Below, in pieces: positions 25,543 to 38,125 of a DNA stretch of 64,000 nucleotides; position 1 is the first letter of the stretch, and each line of letters starts with the position of its first letter. This DNA comes from Camelus ferus (Eukaryota): NCBI RefSeq assembly GCF_009834535.1, contig NC_045697.1:111168001-111232000 (forward strand). Direction: 5' to 3'. The notes beneath the pieces are model-generated. The model was not told where the DNA came from. It searched no databases and saw nothing but the letters and a program-made list of their open reading frames with translations. The position numbers and the translations under genes are program-made.

Positions 25543-26044
25543 CTGAAAGAGTTTCTAGATCCCCTGCACGCGAAGAGGAGATTTGGCTCCACTGTCCACT
25601 ATATTATTATGGCAATCATGACGTACTTAAGACATTTTTTATTACTCAGATTATTTTATTTCTTGGCAGAAAACAGGGTCAAAAAGTAGCCAGAGGATCG
25701 TATCATCACTATTAAAGGCATTAAGGAACATGAACAAACAGCTATTTGGGCTGTTTTCTGATTTTTCTATTCCTACACACATCAAAAGCCATAGATGGAT
25801 CCTACCACGTGGAAATAAATAAGTACATATCCACTAATAGTACGAGGAAGAAAATGCTATTGGACGGTCTTCTACAATGAAGGGAAATCATATGACTCCT
25901 TAGTAGCATGTGCTGATCAAGAGAGCCGAGGAGAATCTGCTGGGTCAGTTTTAAAACTCCCAGAGGAAGCAAGTCACATCCAGGGCCACCACAGAGGGGT
26001 TTATCACACCTACAGTCACACCTTGGCTCTGCCACTTAACTGAC

Positions 26045-26162
26045 CGTATGGTTGGGGCACACATAGGGCACAAAGTTGAAGAGCTGTTGGCAGAATTCTT
26101 CAGAAAGAGAATACTCTTTTATAAGCATGGTTGCTGACTTTGGTTGTAAAAAGACAGCCTCT
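26045..26162 (-). pseudogene. Candidate exon, 118 nt, phase 2-0, open
   Basis: cctatatgcag|A GAG GCT...CAT ACG|gtcagt; EAVFLQPKSATMLIKEYSLSEEFCQQLFNFVPYVCPNHT. Confidence 0.7.
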
Positions 26163-26937
26163 CTGCATATAGGATGGTTGAAGACTGAGAAAAAATAATT
26201 AAATTTTACTCCATAAAAATAAATTTGGATTTCCAACAGTAGCTCAAGAAGGAAAGGGTTAGGGGCAGAATAGAGAGGAGGCAGAGGACTGAAGAGGGGA
26301 AGAAGTCAGACCAGCAGAGGGCAAAGGACACAGCAGGGGTTCAAGGGGAGAGAACAGTCTTAGAGCAGTGCCACCTGGAAAAAGGGGTGGCTGACAGAAT
26401 TTTAGAAACAAAGATGTTTAATATTTACTGTTGAGATTTTTTTAAATGTTGGGCTATGCTGTGTAACTTAAACAGCCAAGGAAATAACTTTCTTAGAGGT
26501 AGCCCCTTCCCAACCTGTAAATGACCCACAAATCATCAAGAATGTACCTCTTACCACATCATATGAAAGTGTTGGAGGAAATGAAGAGTGGCTGCACTCC
26601 CATGACATGGAGAAGAGAGGAGGCCACAGCAGGTAGTGGCAAGACCCACGAAAACTTAAAACTTCATTGAAAAAAAGTTAGAGGAAAAGATGAGTAGGAG
26701 AAATTGCCATCAGTTTCCTAGGGAACACACTGGGAGTTCAAGCCCCTTTTATTTACATATCAGGGGATCGCACGTCCTCCACAGGCTGAGACTTGAAGAA
26801 GTCCAGGCAGCTGGCAGCTGGCTGCAACCTAAAGCAATTAGCATTAGGGTGCCAAGTCCAGTCAGTATTCAGTAACTCACGAAAGAGACACAGAGGGGTA
26901 CGTATAGTTATTCTGGAACTATTTTAGTAGTGTTTAC

Positions 26938-26970
26938 CTTAAAAGTGTACCGCTGCATCTCTCCGCCCAC
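26938..26970 (-). pseudogene. Candidate exon, 33 nt
   Basis: ttgtttgcag|GTGGGCGG...TTTAAG|gtaaac; phase 2-2 reading WAERCSGTLL fits the next exon. Confidence 0.65.
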
Positions 26971-27417
26971 CTGCAAACAAAAGCATAGCTTAAAATAGCA
27001 GCTGAGTAATCTCTGATCCATTAGAAAATACGTGATCATTCAGGAACCACAAGCAAAAATAATCCAGAAGGCGATTTCCCTAAAACCCTTCAGAATAGCA
27101 AGCTGATATTAACCAGATCCGTAAGTTAATTAATGGGGAGGCAACTTAATTGGCTCATCTTCAAAAAAAAAAAAAATGTATATAACGAAAAATGTTGGTC
27201 CCTATAGCTGCATACCGTCTGCCTACCAGAACATAAAAATGAAGAAGATAATACTGACCTGTGGAAAATAAATGTTAAGCTCAATCCATAATTATTTAAA
27301 GCAGAAATTGTGCACAAGTCATTTAAGGGGACGTATAACACATTTAAAGAAAGAAAATATTAGGTATGCAGCAAAGAAATAAAGAGGTTTTCAAAGACAG
27401 AAGTTTTGAGTCCTTAC

Positions 27418-27503
27418 TGGAGTATGTGCAGCTGAAACGGTCCATTATCCTTAAGGTCTCAACCTGCTGGGTACCAGGTGCTTCAAGCTCCCGTAGTTGG
27501 CAT
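27418..27503 (-). pseudogene. Candidate exon, 86 nt
   Basis: tgtttcaag|A TGC CAA...TCC A|gtaagg; CQLRELEAPGTQQVETLRIMDRFSCTYS. Confidence 0.6.
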
Positions 27504-27569
27504 CTTGAAACATTCAAATCACAAACCTGACCCCACAGTTTCTAAGCACAACTGCGTGTTTGTACTCAC

Positions 27570-27806
27570 GATTACCAGCCCCTGCGCAGACTCTGGCTTT
27601 CCACGTGCTTGCCTGCAAGAAGCTAAAATATAGCTGTAGGTTAATAATTGGCCATTGTCTTTATACACTGGGGTTTTGAGTTGGCAGTGCAAGTCTCTCC
27701 CTGAGAGGCAAAACCGCTCTCAGAGAGCTGATAGCCAGCCTGCTGAGTCTGGAAAGCTGAGGGCCAAGCCCAAGGTAATCACAGACCAACTCGGGGAGCG
27801 ACCACC
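27570..27806 (-). pseudogene. Candidate exon, 237 nt
   Basis: ttgcttttcag| ... GTAATC|gtgagt; 3' part reads GRDLHCQLKTPVYKDNGQLLTYSYILASCRQARGKPESAQGLVI. Confidence 0.6.
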
Positions 27807-28789
27807 CTGAAAAGCAATGGGGGAAGAACCAGAGTCTCCTTCAGGTGCTGCCCTCACTGTTCAAAGGTCTCCTCTGAAATTCAATGGAAAACACCTCACT
27901 CATATTTATTTTACCCTTAATCTATCAAAAACTGCTATGAAGTATCCTTAGCCTCAGGTAAAGAAGAAAAAAGCAATTAACTGTATTTTATTTTGTGCAG
28001 TAAGTTGTCAAAAACAGCAGATACTGAGTGGCTAGATTAAACTAGACGAAAAATGTTCTAAGAAAACTAATTCACCACGTTTAGTTTTAAAACTAACATG
28101 TCTTCATTTGTTAATACAGTAGAATTTGACTAATTGTAACATAATACAGTAAGTTTAGGTTTTTTTTTTTTTTTTAATATGTTATGCTCAAAGATCTATG
28201 TGGCATCTTTGTGAAGTGTTTCTATGACTTTCTAAGTAGAGAAAAACTTGATCTGAGAATAAAATTATTTTTGGTTGTGACCTTGTATGGACATTTGTAA
28301 TGACACACGCAGCTGTTGAAATATAAAGGAGAAATCAGCTAACCATATATGGAAACTACACTTTTTACTCCAGCTCAGTGCCCCTATTTTTCACCCCCTT
28401 ATTATGCTATAGCTCACTTTTATTTAACACAGAACACTAACTGCTAGGCATGGGCAATTTAGCTTAATTTCTTATATTTCATATTAATTATTCTGCTTTC
28501 ATAGAGGTGGAACTGAAGAGATCAAATAGTTAAACAAAAATGTGTACTCAGTGGTATTCCACTGAAGGCTACATAAAACGCATTTTATTTCCTTATTTGA
28601 AGAACTGCAAGCTTCTCTGTGTAGAATCTGGGTAAAATGATGTGAAGTGTGTTCACAAGCACAGCCCTTGTCACCCACTAAGAGTCAAGACAGCAGTGAC
28701 ATGGCTTTGAGACCAAAACCCACAGAGTTTAGCCCATCAAAGCGAAGTGCAGTCTACAAAATTCCTTTAAAATTTGAAAGTGTTTATTA

Positions 28790-29394
28790 ATCCACCTGTT
28801 CAATCAAGATCTGTTAGGTATCTCCATATGTGCTAAGATTCCTTATTTTGGTGCTGGAGATGCAAAACCTCTCTCCCTGGGGCTCTCATTCTACTAGGAG
28901 AGAGAGATCGTAAACAAGACAAATGACATTGTATGTCTGTTGGATGGTGGTAAACGCTAAGGAGACAAAGCAGGGAAGGTGTAGGCGTTTTAGGGTAGTG
29001 GGTTTTGCAACTTTAGGTAAGAGAGAAAGGAAGACTTTGCTGAGCTGGAGACATATGAGTGAAAACCTGAAGAAAAAGTGGGGAGGAAGCCATGCAGCCT
29101 CGGGGAAGACCACTCTAAGCAGAGAGATGGAGAACAAAGGTGCTGAGGTGGAAGACTGCCCGGCCAGCTCGAGGGCCAGCGGACCATCTGAGTGGCCAGC
29201 ACAAGGTGAAAGCTGGAGGTGGGGGGAGAGTAGGAGATGGTGGGACAGCAGAGGTAACAGGCCAGGCTGGGCAGAAGGCTCTGCAGGGCTTGGTAGGTGA
29301 CAAAAAGGACTTGGGCTTTTTGAGTGAAATGCGAGCAGTGGGGGCTCTGAGCATAGGGTGCCATGATCTGAATGACCTTTAAGAGGACTGCTCT
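28790..29394 (-). mobile_element. L2 fragment
   Basis: Purine-rich antisense L2 3' region (ggtgctggaga...gaaaacctgaaga...ggacttgggctttt...gatctgaatgacc). Confidence 0.7.
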
Positions 29395-29475
29395 ATGAAA
29401 CATTATGCTGCACTCCAGAAATCGACACATTGTAACTGACTGTAGTTCAATAAATTAAAGTGAAACAAGACAAAA
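29395..29475 (+). mobile_element. Short L1 3' tail inserted in the L2
   Basis: cattatgctgcactccagaaatcgacacattgtaactgactgtagttcaataaa; degenerate TSD aggactgctct / agaacttctct. Confidence 0.7.
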
Positions 29476-29606
29476 AAAGAACTTCTCTAGGTGTGTGTTA
29501 GGAAGAGAATGAAGGAGTCAAGAGCCCCACTAATGCTGGTATTTGGAAAGCAACTCACAAGATAACTGCTAAATAACTGTGAAAAATTGTTTTCGTGGAA
29601 CAACAG

Positions 29607-30014
29607 TGTATTTGTCAGGCAGAGAAACAGAACCAACAGGAGCGTATATACCTGATTATGCAGTCTGACAAATTCCAATATCTACGGGGTGAGTCGGCCT
29701 GCTAGAGACTCAGGGAGAGCCAGTATTTCCGCTTGTATCCAAAGGCAGGAAAGAAGCCAGTGTCCCGGTTCAAAGGCACTCAGGCAGGGAGAATCTTCCT
29801 CTCCTCCAGGGAGGGTCGGCCTTTTGTTCTATTCGAGGCTTCAACTGATTGGGTGAAGCCCAGTTACATTAGGGAGGGCCCTCTCCTTACTCAGTCTGCC
29901 AATTTAAATGTTAATTTTATCCAAAACACCTTCATGGAAACCCCTGGAATAATGTTTGATCAAATATCTAGGCACCCTGGGCCCGGTCAAGGTGACCCAA
30001 AATTAACCATCACA
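29607..30014 (-). mobile_element. MLT2-type LTR (3' LTR of ERV-L)
   Basis: Reverse complement begins TGTGATGGTTAATTTTGGGTCACCTTGAC, resembling the MLT2 start; agagaaacagaaccaacagg near the other end. Confidence 0.85.
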
Positions 30015-33000
30015 AGGAGACTTTTGTCAACTTGGCCAACACTTTTTTTTCCCCCAGAACAGCTAGCGCTCTAATGGATATTTAGGGAACATTTCTCAGC
30101 TGAAGATAGTCTTCTGTCTTTTTCCAAGGGGTTCAAGCTGGCAGCATCTGCCACCCCACTGGACACTAAGGGACAGAGGTGAGCAGGGTAAAGAGGGGTG
30201 TAGTTCTTGACTGTCCGGCCCTCCAATCAGGGCAGGGGTCAGAAGGCTGTTGAATGGTGATAATGGGCCATCCGTGCTGGGCAGGGCTGGCAGTGCTAGG
30301 CACTGGTGGGTCTAGGGCACTGGGCACTGTCCTCCACCATTTGAAGGCAAAGTGCACCCAGGAGATGTTGGCACAGGAGCAGAAGTCTCCAATCTCAGTC
30401 AGGGAGCAGCCAAGTCATTAACAAAGGTGCATGGGAAGCCCAGGGGTTCCAGCAACTGGCGGATCTTTCCTTCCAAGCAGCAGGCACCCTTGATCTGGGG
30501 CCCAAAAGACTCGGGACACCCAGGTTTTTGCCTATCACAGGCACTTGCAGCAGCTCAGGGCAGCAGAGTCTCCAGCTGCTGGCTGGAGGGGAGCCGGCAC
30601 CGGAGCTGGGAGACGTCAGTGGCGGCCCTCTCCACCAAGCGCAGCTGCTCCTCGCGATGTCAGGGCCGGGTCCGCGCACTTCTCCGTACAGTCAGTCTGC
30701 GTCCTCATGTTTTCATCAGCCAGACTTGATTGAGGGTATTGGCCTCCTTCCCATTAGAAAGGAGCTTTATTCATGATAAAATAAGGAGAAGACACTCATG
30801 ACAATGGCAGTCGTTTCTGTGGCTGCTCACATGGTTGTAGCCGGTATGAAGAACTGCCGTTTTCTACCATCTATTCTGTATCCCCTGTGCCTTTGACAAG
30901 CCGCTCAGCGGGTCATATTCATTTACCCAATGGGGCAACTCAAACCTTCATTCCTGAAGAGTCTGAGCCATCAGCAGTCTTGCCTGGATTGGGTCGCAGT
31001 TTTCCATTAACCTTAAATCAACCATGGGGCATGGTAACATTAAGAGATGCCCTAGGGGACCTCTTGTATTCCAGACATGCTCTTCCTCACCTCCACAGGG
31101 AGGAGCCCCCCAATTTCCCCTTGGTGGTCAGGATCAGTCGCCTCAGCCAGCGCCGTGACGGCCTTCTTTAACTATAAAGCCAGAGGCCCGAGGAGCCCCA
31201 AATAGCCAAGTGGCAGTCTCAACTTTCAGTTCAATGAAATCATCATTACGTCTCCTGGTGGAAGCATTTCTCCCTCTGGAACGGAGACTTTTAGGCCAGC
31301 AGAGCATAAGGTCATGGGAACAGGAAGCACGAATTTTGCTAGTGGGTCACTAGAGGCAATAGTGAGTGGTCACTGCCGTCCCCACCCCTTGTTTCCTGAA
31401 TCCATGACTTCTGGCTGTGGGAGAAATAGCACCACACGTCAGACGATGATTCAGAAAGAACACCCTCTGGAAAATGTTGTCCCAGGCCTGCAAGATGTTG
31501 CCGTCAAGCTGGCAGTGTGGCCGAGTCTTCCAGAGGCCATTCCCCTGTTCCATCAAGCCAGCTGCTTTGAGGACGGTGGGAAACGTGGTGAGACCAGGGA
31601 GTCTCGTCAGCTTAGGCCCCGTACACTTGCTGTGAAGTGAGTTTCTTGGTCAGAAACAGCGCTATGTTGGGTGATGGATGGGGTGGTTGGGCCAGGAGGC
31701 TGACTGGTATGTACAGAATGGGTCATCCCATCCTCTTGATTATTAAAATCCTACCCCACTGAGGTGAGCCTTTGGTGAGAGTTCACACGAGGCACAAATA
31801 TCTTCACATGTTTTGCCCATACAAAGGGTTATCTATATACTTCTTCCTAAATTTCCTTCACTAATTTTCTAATTATGCTCCTTCTAAGTCTCTGACCTTC
31901 TAAATAAATCATTAGCTATAACCCATAAATTGGTGTATATAATCACATGTCTAACCATTTCTTCTTCCAAGTAAAATGAGCAGCCAGGTGCTCTGCTCGA
32001 AGCTCCCAGTGGGAGGACTGCCCTTCACCACCGTCCTTCAGGGACGTCCCAGGAACGGGCAGTGGTGCTGCAGCTGTCCACTTTCCGGTGGTGCCTGCAA
32101 CTCATGCAGCTCCTTCTGTAAACCAGACCCCGGTCTTCTCTTCCTCTGTCCCCTGATCACAGGGAGCGCCCTATGGCGTCACAGGTGAGGCTAAGGGAGG
32201 GAAGACAGAGTAGCAGGAGGGGGACCGTGGGCATTTGGGCCACTTCTTTATGTAAATTGCTTATGTCTTCAGGGTCTGCTCAGTCCCAATCATGTATAAA
32301 CCACTTCCATTGGATGATGGAGCACTAATGTGCACACCCAACTTTATGGCTTGGTGGGTCAGATAACACCTAATTCATGATGGGAAGTTCAGGTCACATG
32401 GCAAGCTTAGTGTTCAGTTTCTACTAAGGCCCAGTAGCAATCCAAGAGTTGTTTCTCAAAAGGAGAGTAATTATCTGTGAAGATGTCAGGGGTTTGCTCC
32501 AATGCCTAAGAGCCCATGCTGCAGTTCACCTAGAAGGGCCCCAAATAGCATCCTCATCTGCTGTCCACACTTCAGGCACTGTTGGATGTGCTGGATCATG
32601 TGGCCCAAGTGGTGCAGAGGCACGCACAGCAGCCGGATCTGTTGCAGAGGCTTCTCTTATTCTGGGCCCCACTCAGAACCTTTCAGATCACCTGTTAAAT
32701 GGGCAGGAGTAATACACCGAAAGGAAAGTGTTGCCTCCAAAATCCAAAAGGCACATTAGAGATTGTACCTTTTGAGGTCAAAGGAGGGCCAGATCTAACA
32801 ACTCATCCTTCACCTTGAAAAGGATATCTCAGCATGCCCCCCACCCCTGGACCCCTAGACATTTCACTGAGGTAGAAGTTCCCTGAATTTTTGTTAGATT
32901 TGTTTCTACACCTCTGACACACGAAGGTCTTACCAATAAGTCTAGAGTAGTTGCTACTTCTTGCTTACTAGATCCAATCAACATAATGGCATCAATGTAA

Positions 33001-33640
33001 TGGACCAGTGTGATTCCTTGTGAAAGGAAAGGGGGACCAAGATCCCTAAGAACTAAATTATGATGCAGGGCTAGAGAGCTGACAATATCCCAGAGTTAGA
33101 ACAGTGAGCTGGTAGTTTTGGCCTTGCCAGCTGAAAGCAAAGTGCTTCTAGTGGTCCTTATGAACAGATGAAAAGAAAAAAAGGATTTATCAGCTCAGTA
33201 TCTGCATATTAGATACCAGGAGATGTATTAATTTGCTGAAGCAGTAGAACCACATCTGGGACAGCAACTGCAATTGGAGTCACCACCTGGCTAAGTTTGT
33301 GATAACCCACTGTCATTCTCCAAGATCCATCGGTCTTCTGCACAGGCCAGATAGGCAAATTGAATGGGGATGTGGCGGGAATCACCACCCTCACATCTTC
33401 CAAGTCCTTGCTTGTGGTACTGATCTCTGCAATCCCTTTAACTCTGCTGTCTACCCCAGTAACCACACGCACCTGGCCTTTGGTGGTTGCATGCCACCAC
33501 TTGGCCTCCATCACCCAGGGATCCGATTACTTCCATTGCATTTAGGTTTCCCAATTCAGTGTCCTCAGTGAGTAAGATCTGTCTTGAGGAGGAGGGCAGT
33601 CCCATAATTTGTACTGGATGCAGGTGCTCCCCTCATAAAT
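30015..33640 (-). mobile_element. ERV-L internal region (pol remnants)
   Basis: RT motif [41 protein letters not shown] (ORF 33209-33514); further disrupted pol-like frames toward the 3' LTR. Confidence 0.9.
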
Positions 33641-36513
33641 TTTTTTTTGTATTATCTTGGGTTCTTTTTGTTTGTTTGTTTGTTTTTGTTTTTTGTGACT
33701 CTATTGTAAGTTTTTGATTTGTGGTTACCCTGTTTTTCATGTATGTTAATCCATTACCAACCCTGCTTGCTTTAGATTCTCATATAGGTTCAAACACATC
33801 CTAAAAAGAACAGAAAAAAGAAAAAAAAAAGAGAGAGAGAAAAAAATCTGTATTTTCTTGCTTCCATCTCCCACCTTTTAATTTTGATGTCCTCTTTTAC
33901 ATCTTCATGTTTATTCTCTTGCAATTCATTGTAGTTATCACATTTCCAGTTATGGTTTTCTCATTTCTATAGCTTCCTACTTCTTTTCTATTTAGAGTAG
34001 AGCTTTCAATATTTCTTTTAGGATTGGTTTAGTATTGCAGAATTCTTGCAGCTTTTGCTTGTCTGTGAAATTCTTTCTCTCTCTTTCTATTCTAAAGGAT
34101 AGTTTTGCCAGATAGAGTATCCTAGGTTGCAGCTTTTTCTCATTCAGGACTTTGAATGTATCTTGCCACTCCCTTCTGGCCAGCAGGGTTTGTGTAGAGA
34201 AATCAGCTGAAAGTCTTATGGGGGTTCCCTTGTAACTAACTCTTTGTTTTTCACTTGCTGACTTTAGAATCATTTCTTTATCTTGAACTTTGGCCATCTT
34301 AATGATAGTATGTTCTAGTGTAGGTCTGTTTTGGGTTCTTCTTGTTTGGGACCCTCTGAGCTTCCTGTACTTGGATATTTCTTCTTTAAGTTTGGGAATT
34401 TTTCAGTCATGATTTCTTCAAATACCTTTTCAATGCCTTTTTCTCTTCCTTCTCCTTCTGGAACCCCTAGTATCCATAGGCTGGTTCCTTTATATTATCC
34501 CATAGTTCCTTTATATTGCTGTCATTGGTTTTTACTGGCTTTTCTGTCTGCTGTCCTGATTAGGTGAGTTTGGTCATCCTGTCTTCTACATCACTTATTC
34601 ATTCCTCTGCATTACCTGATCTGCTCTGACTGCCTTTAGCTCAGCTCTTATCTCAGCCATTGAGTTTTCTGTTTTTAGTTGGCTCCTCCTTATAGTTTCT
34701 ATTTCCTTTTTATAGTATCCTGAATTTCTGTTCAAAGTCTCTCTTATTTCCTGAAGTGTTTTTGTCACCCCCTTTTTGATGTCATATTCTCATAGACTGT
34801 TGAGGTCTATCTCATTGCTTATGCTTTCAGGGGACTTCTGCTCTTTTAACTGGGAGTGGTTCCTTTGCTTCTTTACTTTACTTATATTTCTCTGGTTCTG
34901 TGGATTTAGGAGTATCAGTTATCTACTGTGGTCTTGAAGGGCTGTGGTTTTTTCTTTTATTTATTTAAAATGGGAGTGTCTTTGTGTAGACTGCATGCAT
35001 CTAATAGTCCTGTAATGAGGGCTGTTCTTAGTATGGGTGGCTGTCATGCCTTCCTTCCACGTGTGTTGCCCGTCATCCCTTTGACTGGGGGTGTGGTTGG
35101 TTTTGTACTGGTCAGAGCCAACCTGCTTTTTGCTGTGGAGTGGGGCCTTCTTCCTTGTTCTGTGGTTGTCACAGCCCTGACAGGGGCTGGGTCTGCCCCC
35201 TCCCCCCCCCCGTTGTAGGAATAGAGGCTTCCACATCCATTTCTGAGCTGTGGTGTGTGGTAGGTGGGGTTGGAGTGTTTCAGCTCGGAGAAGAGCCACT
35301 GAGTGCACCTCTACAGGAGACGTCCACCAGGCGGTGCCCTCTGTGGTGCTGTCTGTCACTTGTTATGTAGGCTTACAAGGTACTCTTTTTGCCACTGCCC
35401 TTGTCCCTGCCTTAGCTGTGGGAATGTCGGCCACCTGCTCTGGTGTCCCCAGGCTCTCGACCTGCAGAGCTAACCAGTGCAGAGTCACGGATGTCAGGCA
35501 CCAAGACCTGCCACCGTGAGTGTACAGTCGCACAGCTGGATCCATGCTGCGCCACAGGGCCAGCACAGACCCCGGCCCGCCTCCAGGTATGGTATGGTAC
35601 ACATGCCCATTGTAAAGCCATACCTGCCCCTGCTGTTGGCCAGAACTCCGTGCGGAATCTGAGAGGCATGGGTCCACAAAGGCACCAGCGGAGCAAATCT
35701 GCCCCCTCTGCCTGGGGCTGTAAACAAATCTCCACCAGTCCTGCCTGTGAATGGGGGGGGGGGGGCCCTGCCAGGTGTGAATTCAGCTTTCAGCCCTGCC
35801 TCCACCCAGGAGCCATGCTCCAGAGGTTGTAATGGCTATGACAGAGCCCCCCCCCCCTCTTCTGGTGAGAAGACACCAACAAGTGCATGTCTACACTGAC
35901 CAGCAGGGATGGCAGCTATGGCCCAGCTGCCTTGTGCCCTTCCTCCCCATGTGCACCAGTACTGGTGCTTTTTCATGGGAGCCCCAGGCTGCTCTGTTCT
36001 GCAGACACTCCCAGCTACAGCCTGCACTACCCCACAGCCCCCTGAGGCTGCCTCTGTGCCGTGGGCCCCAGCCCTCTGCCCAGGCTAGTCACTAACCTCC
36101 AGCAGCCAGTCCTGGCCCACCCCACTGGCTCTTGTCTAGCGCTGGGGATCATAGGGACCCTCTGTGCTGGTTTCTCTTAGTTCTGTCTGCCAAACAGGTG
36201 TTGTTTTCTCCTCTGAGCCCCAGAAGCTCCATTTCTGTCCCTGGTAAACTCTCGGCCGGAGAGAGAGTGTCCCAGCACGAGGGCACTATTCCTCCTTTGC
36301 CGCTCCCTCCCCACAGGACGGGTTCTGCACCAATTTCCTGTTTCTTTTTCCTTTCTACCAGTTTTTGTGAGGAATCTTCTTGAATTTCAAAGTAAAAGAT
36401 ATTCTGTCAAAATTCAGTAGGTGTTCTGTGCAAATTAATGGGTCTGTAGATGTAATTCTCAGTGTGTTCGTGGGATCAGGTGAGCTGTGCATCCTACTAC
36501 TCCACCGTCTTGG
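33641..36513 (-). mobile_element. L1 5' half (5'UTR, ORF1, inter-ORF region)
   Basis: ORF1p C-terminus MAKVQDKEMILKSASEKQRVSYKGTPIRLSADFS...KPILKEILKALL (33992-34297); GC-rich UTR; 5'-end motif CCAAGACGGTGGAGTAG at ~36513. Confidence 0.9.
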
Positions 36514-36519
36514 CATCAG

Positions 36520-37995
36520 TTAGTATTCTTATTACTAATGCTCTGAACTCTTTATCTGGTAAATTATTTACTTCTGTTTCATTAGACTTTTATGGGTTTG
36601 CTCTTGTTCTTCCAATTGGAATAAATTCCTCTGTCTTCTCATTTTGCTTAACATTTTCTTTCTCTACAAAATTAGGTGAAACGGTTACCAATTGTGGTCT
36701 TGAAGGGGTGTCCTTGTGTGAGAGCATCCCTCTACAGTCTGCATGTGCTCAGTGGCTTTGATGGAAGAGGTAGATTTGACACGAACATAGGTTGCACCTT
36801 TCTCTAGGGTGTGCTGGCAGCTATCACCTTGGTAGGAAGCGAGGCTGGAGATGGAGGAACTAGAGCCAAAGCCAGGTGTGGGCCAGGGCTCCCCCTCCGC
36901 TCTGTGGCTCTCAGCACCCTATCAGGGTTGGGGTCAGATCCCAAGTTGCTGGAGCAGAAGTCCTGAGGTTCAGGCCTGAGTTGGCTCAATTTCCTTCAGG
37001 TGTGTGCTCTCCCATCTCCCAGTTTCAGCGCCCTGTGCTAACCCAGAGGGTAGCAGTGCTGGGACTGTGCAGGCTGTCAGCTTGTGATGGGCTACAGTGG
37101 TCCTCCAGAGACAGAGGTCCAAGCTGCTTCTCATATGCCACCCGTGTAAGCACCAGCAGTGGTTGCCCCCACCCTGCTCAGACACCAGTTCAGGTCTGAG
37201 TTTCTTTTGTCCTTCACAGCCAATCTGTCCCCTCAGCTTCAGCCACCCCTGCCCTGGTGTGGCGATGTGCCACAGGGCAGGTGGAGCCCATAGTGGCCTC
37301 CTGGTGTATGTTGGGCATGGGCTGCAGTCCAGCCGCTGTCAGAGATTCGGACCACCCCTGACGTGCCCCCTGTGTAAGTGTCAGTGGTGGCTGCCCCTGC
37401 CCTGTTCAGATGCCCCCTCATGTCTGAGTCACCTCTGCATTCCATGGTCAAGCCCTTGCCTTGGTTACGGCAGCCCTCGCTGCAGTGTGGCGCTGTGATG
37501 CGAAGTGGGGCTGGAGCACTCATCCAGACCAGAACGGGCACACACCAGGGTGGCATGAGAACCTGGGGGGCCGCTCTGCAGTTTTCAGTCCACTCTCCCC
37601 ACCCTGCCTTGGGTGCCAGCCAGTACACACGCTCCTCATGAGCAGAGCTCAGGCTTCCCGCAGCCCTCCTGTTAGTCTGTCTTTCCTGTGTTGGATCCCA
37701 GGGCTGAGGTGTCGAATATGTGACTCAAACTGCTCACACCTCAAGGAGGATGTCCGCCCATGTAACCTCCCTCTTCCTGAGTCCTCTCCCAGGGGAATAG
37801 CTCCTGACCTAATAAAGCTTCTCTTCCCCTCTTACCCAGATCTGTGTGGATCTTTCTTACAGCTTTGCTTGTACAACAGTCTCCCTACTGGTCTCCCGCT
37901 GGTTTTCACTGAGAATTGTTCCACACATAACTGTACTTTTGATGTGTTCATGGGGGAGGTGAGGCCCATGTCCCCTAACTCCACCATCTTGATCA
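36520..37995 (-). mobile_element. Second L1 5'UTR plus ORF1-start fragment
   Basis: 5'-end motif GATCAAGATGGTGGAGTTAG at ~37994; segment 36650-36750 is homologous to 34885-35000. Confidence 0.75.
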
Positions 37996-37999
37996 AGCT

Positions 38000-38125
38000 A
38001 GTCTATTGGTTTAAATGTTAGTATCCAAAAATAAACCCCTCACAGACACACCCAAAATAACATCTGACCAAATACCTGGGTATATGGTGGCCCAGTCAAG
38101 TTGACACATAAGATTAACTATCACA
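38000..38125 (-). mobile_element. Remnant of MLT2 5' LTR of the same ERV-L
   Basis: cccagtcaagttgacacataagattaactatcaca matches the LTR end at 29980-30014. Confidence 0.8.

Noticed and set aside
25844..25940. Possible extra exon QILLGSLDQHMLLRSHMISLH
   Set aside because: The acceptor and phase 0 are plausible but there is no convincing donor; left unlisted pending orthologue alignment.
34928..38021. Cluster of overlapping 60-186 aa ORFs resembling a GC-rich gene
   Set aside because: Explained by GC-rich L1 5'UTR sequence with few stop codons.
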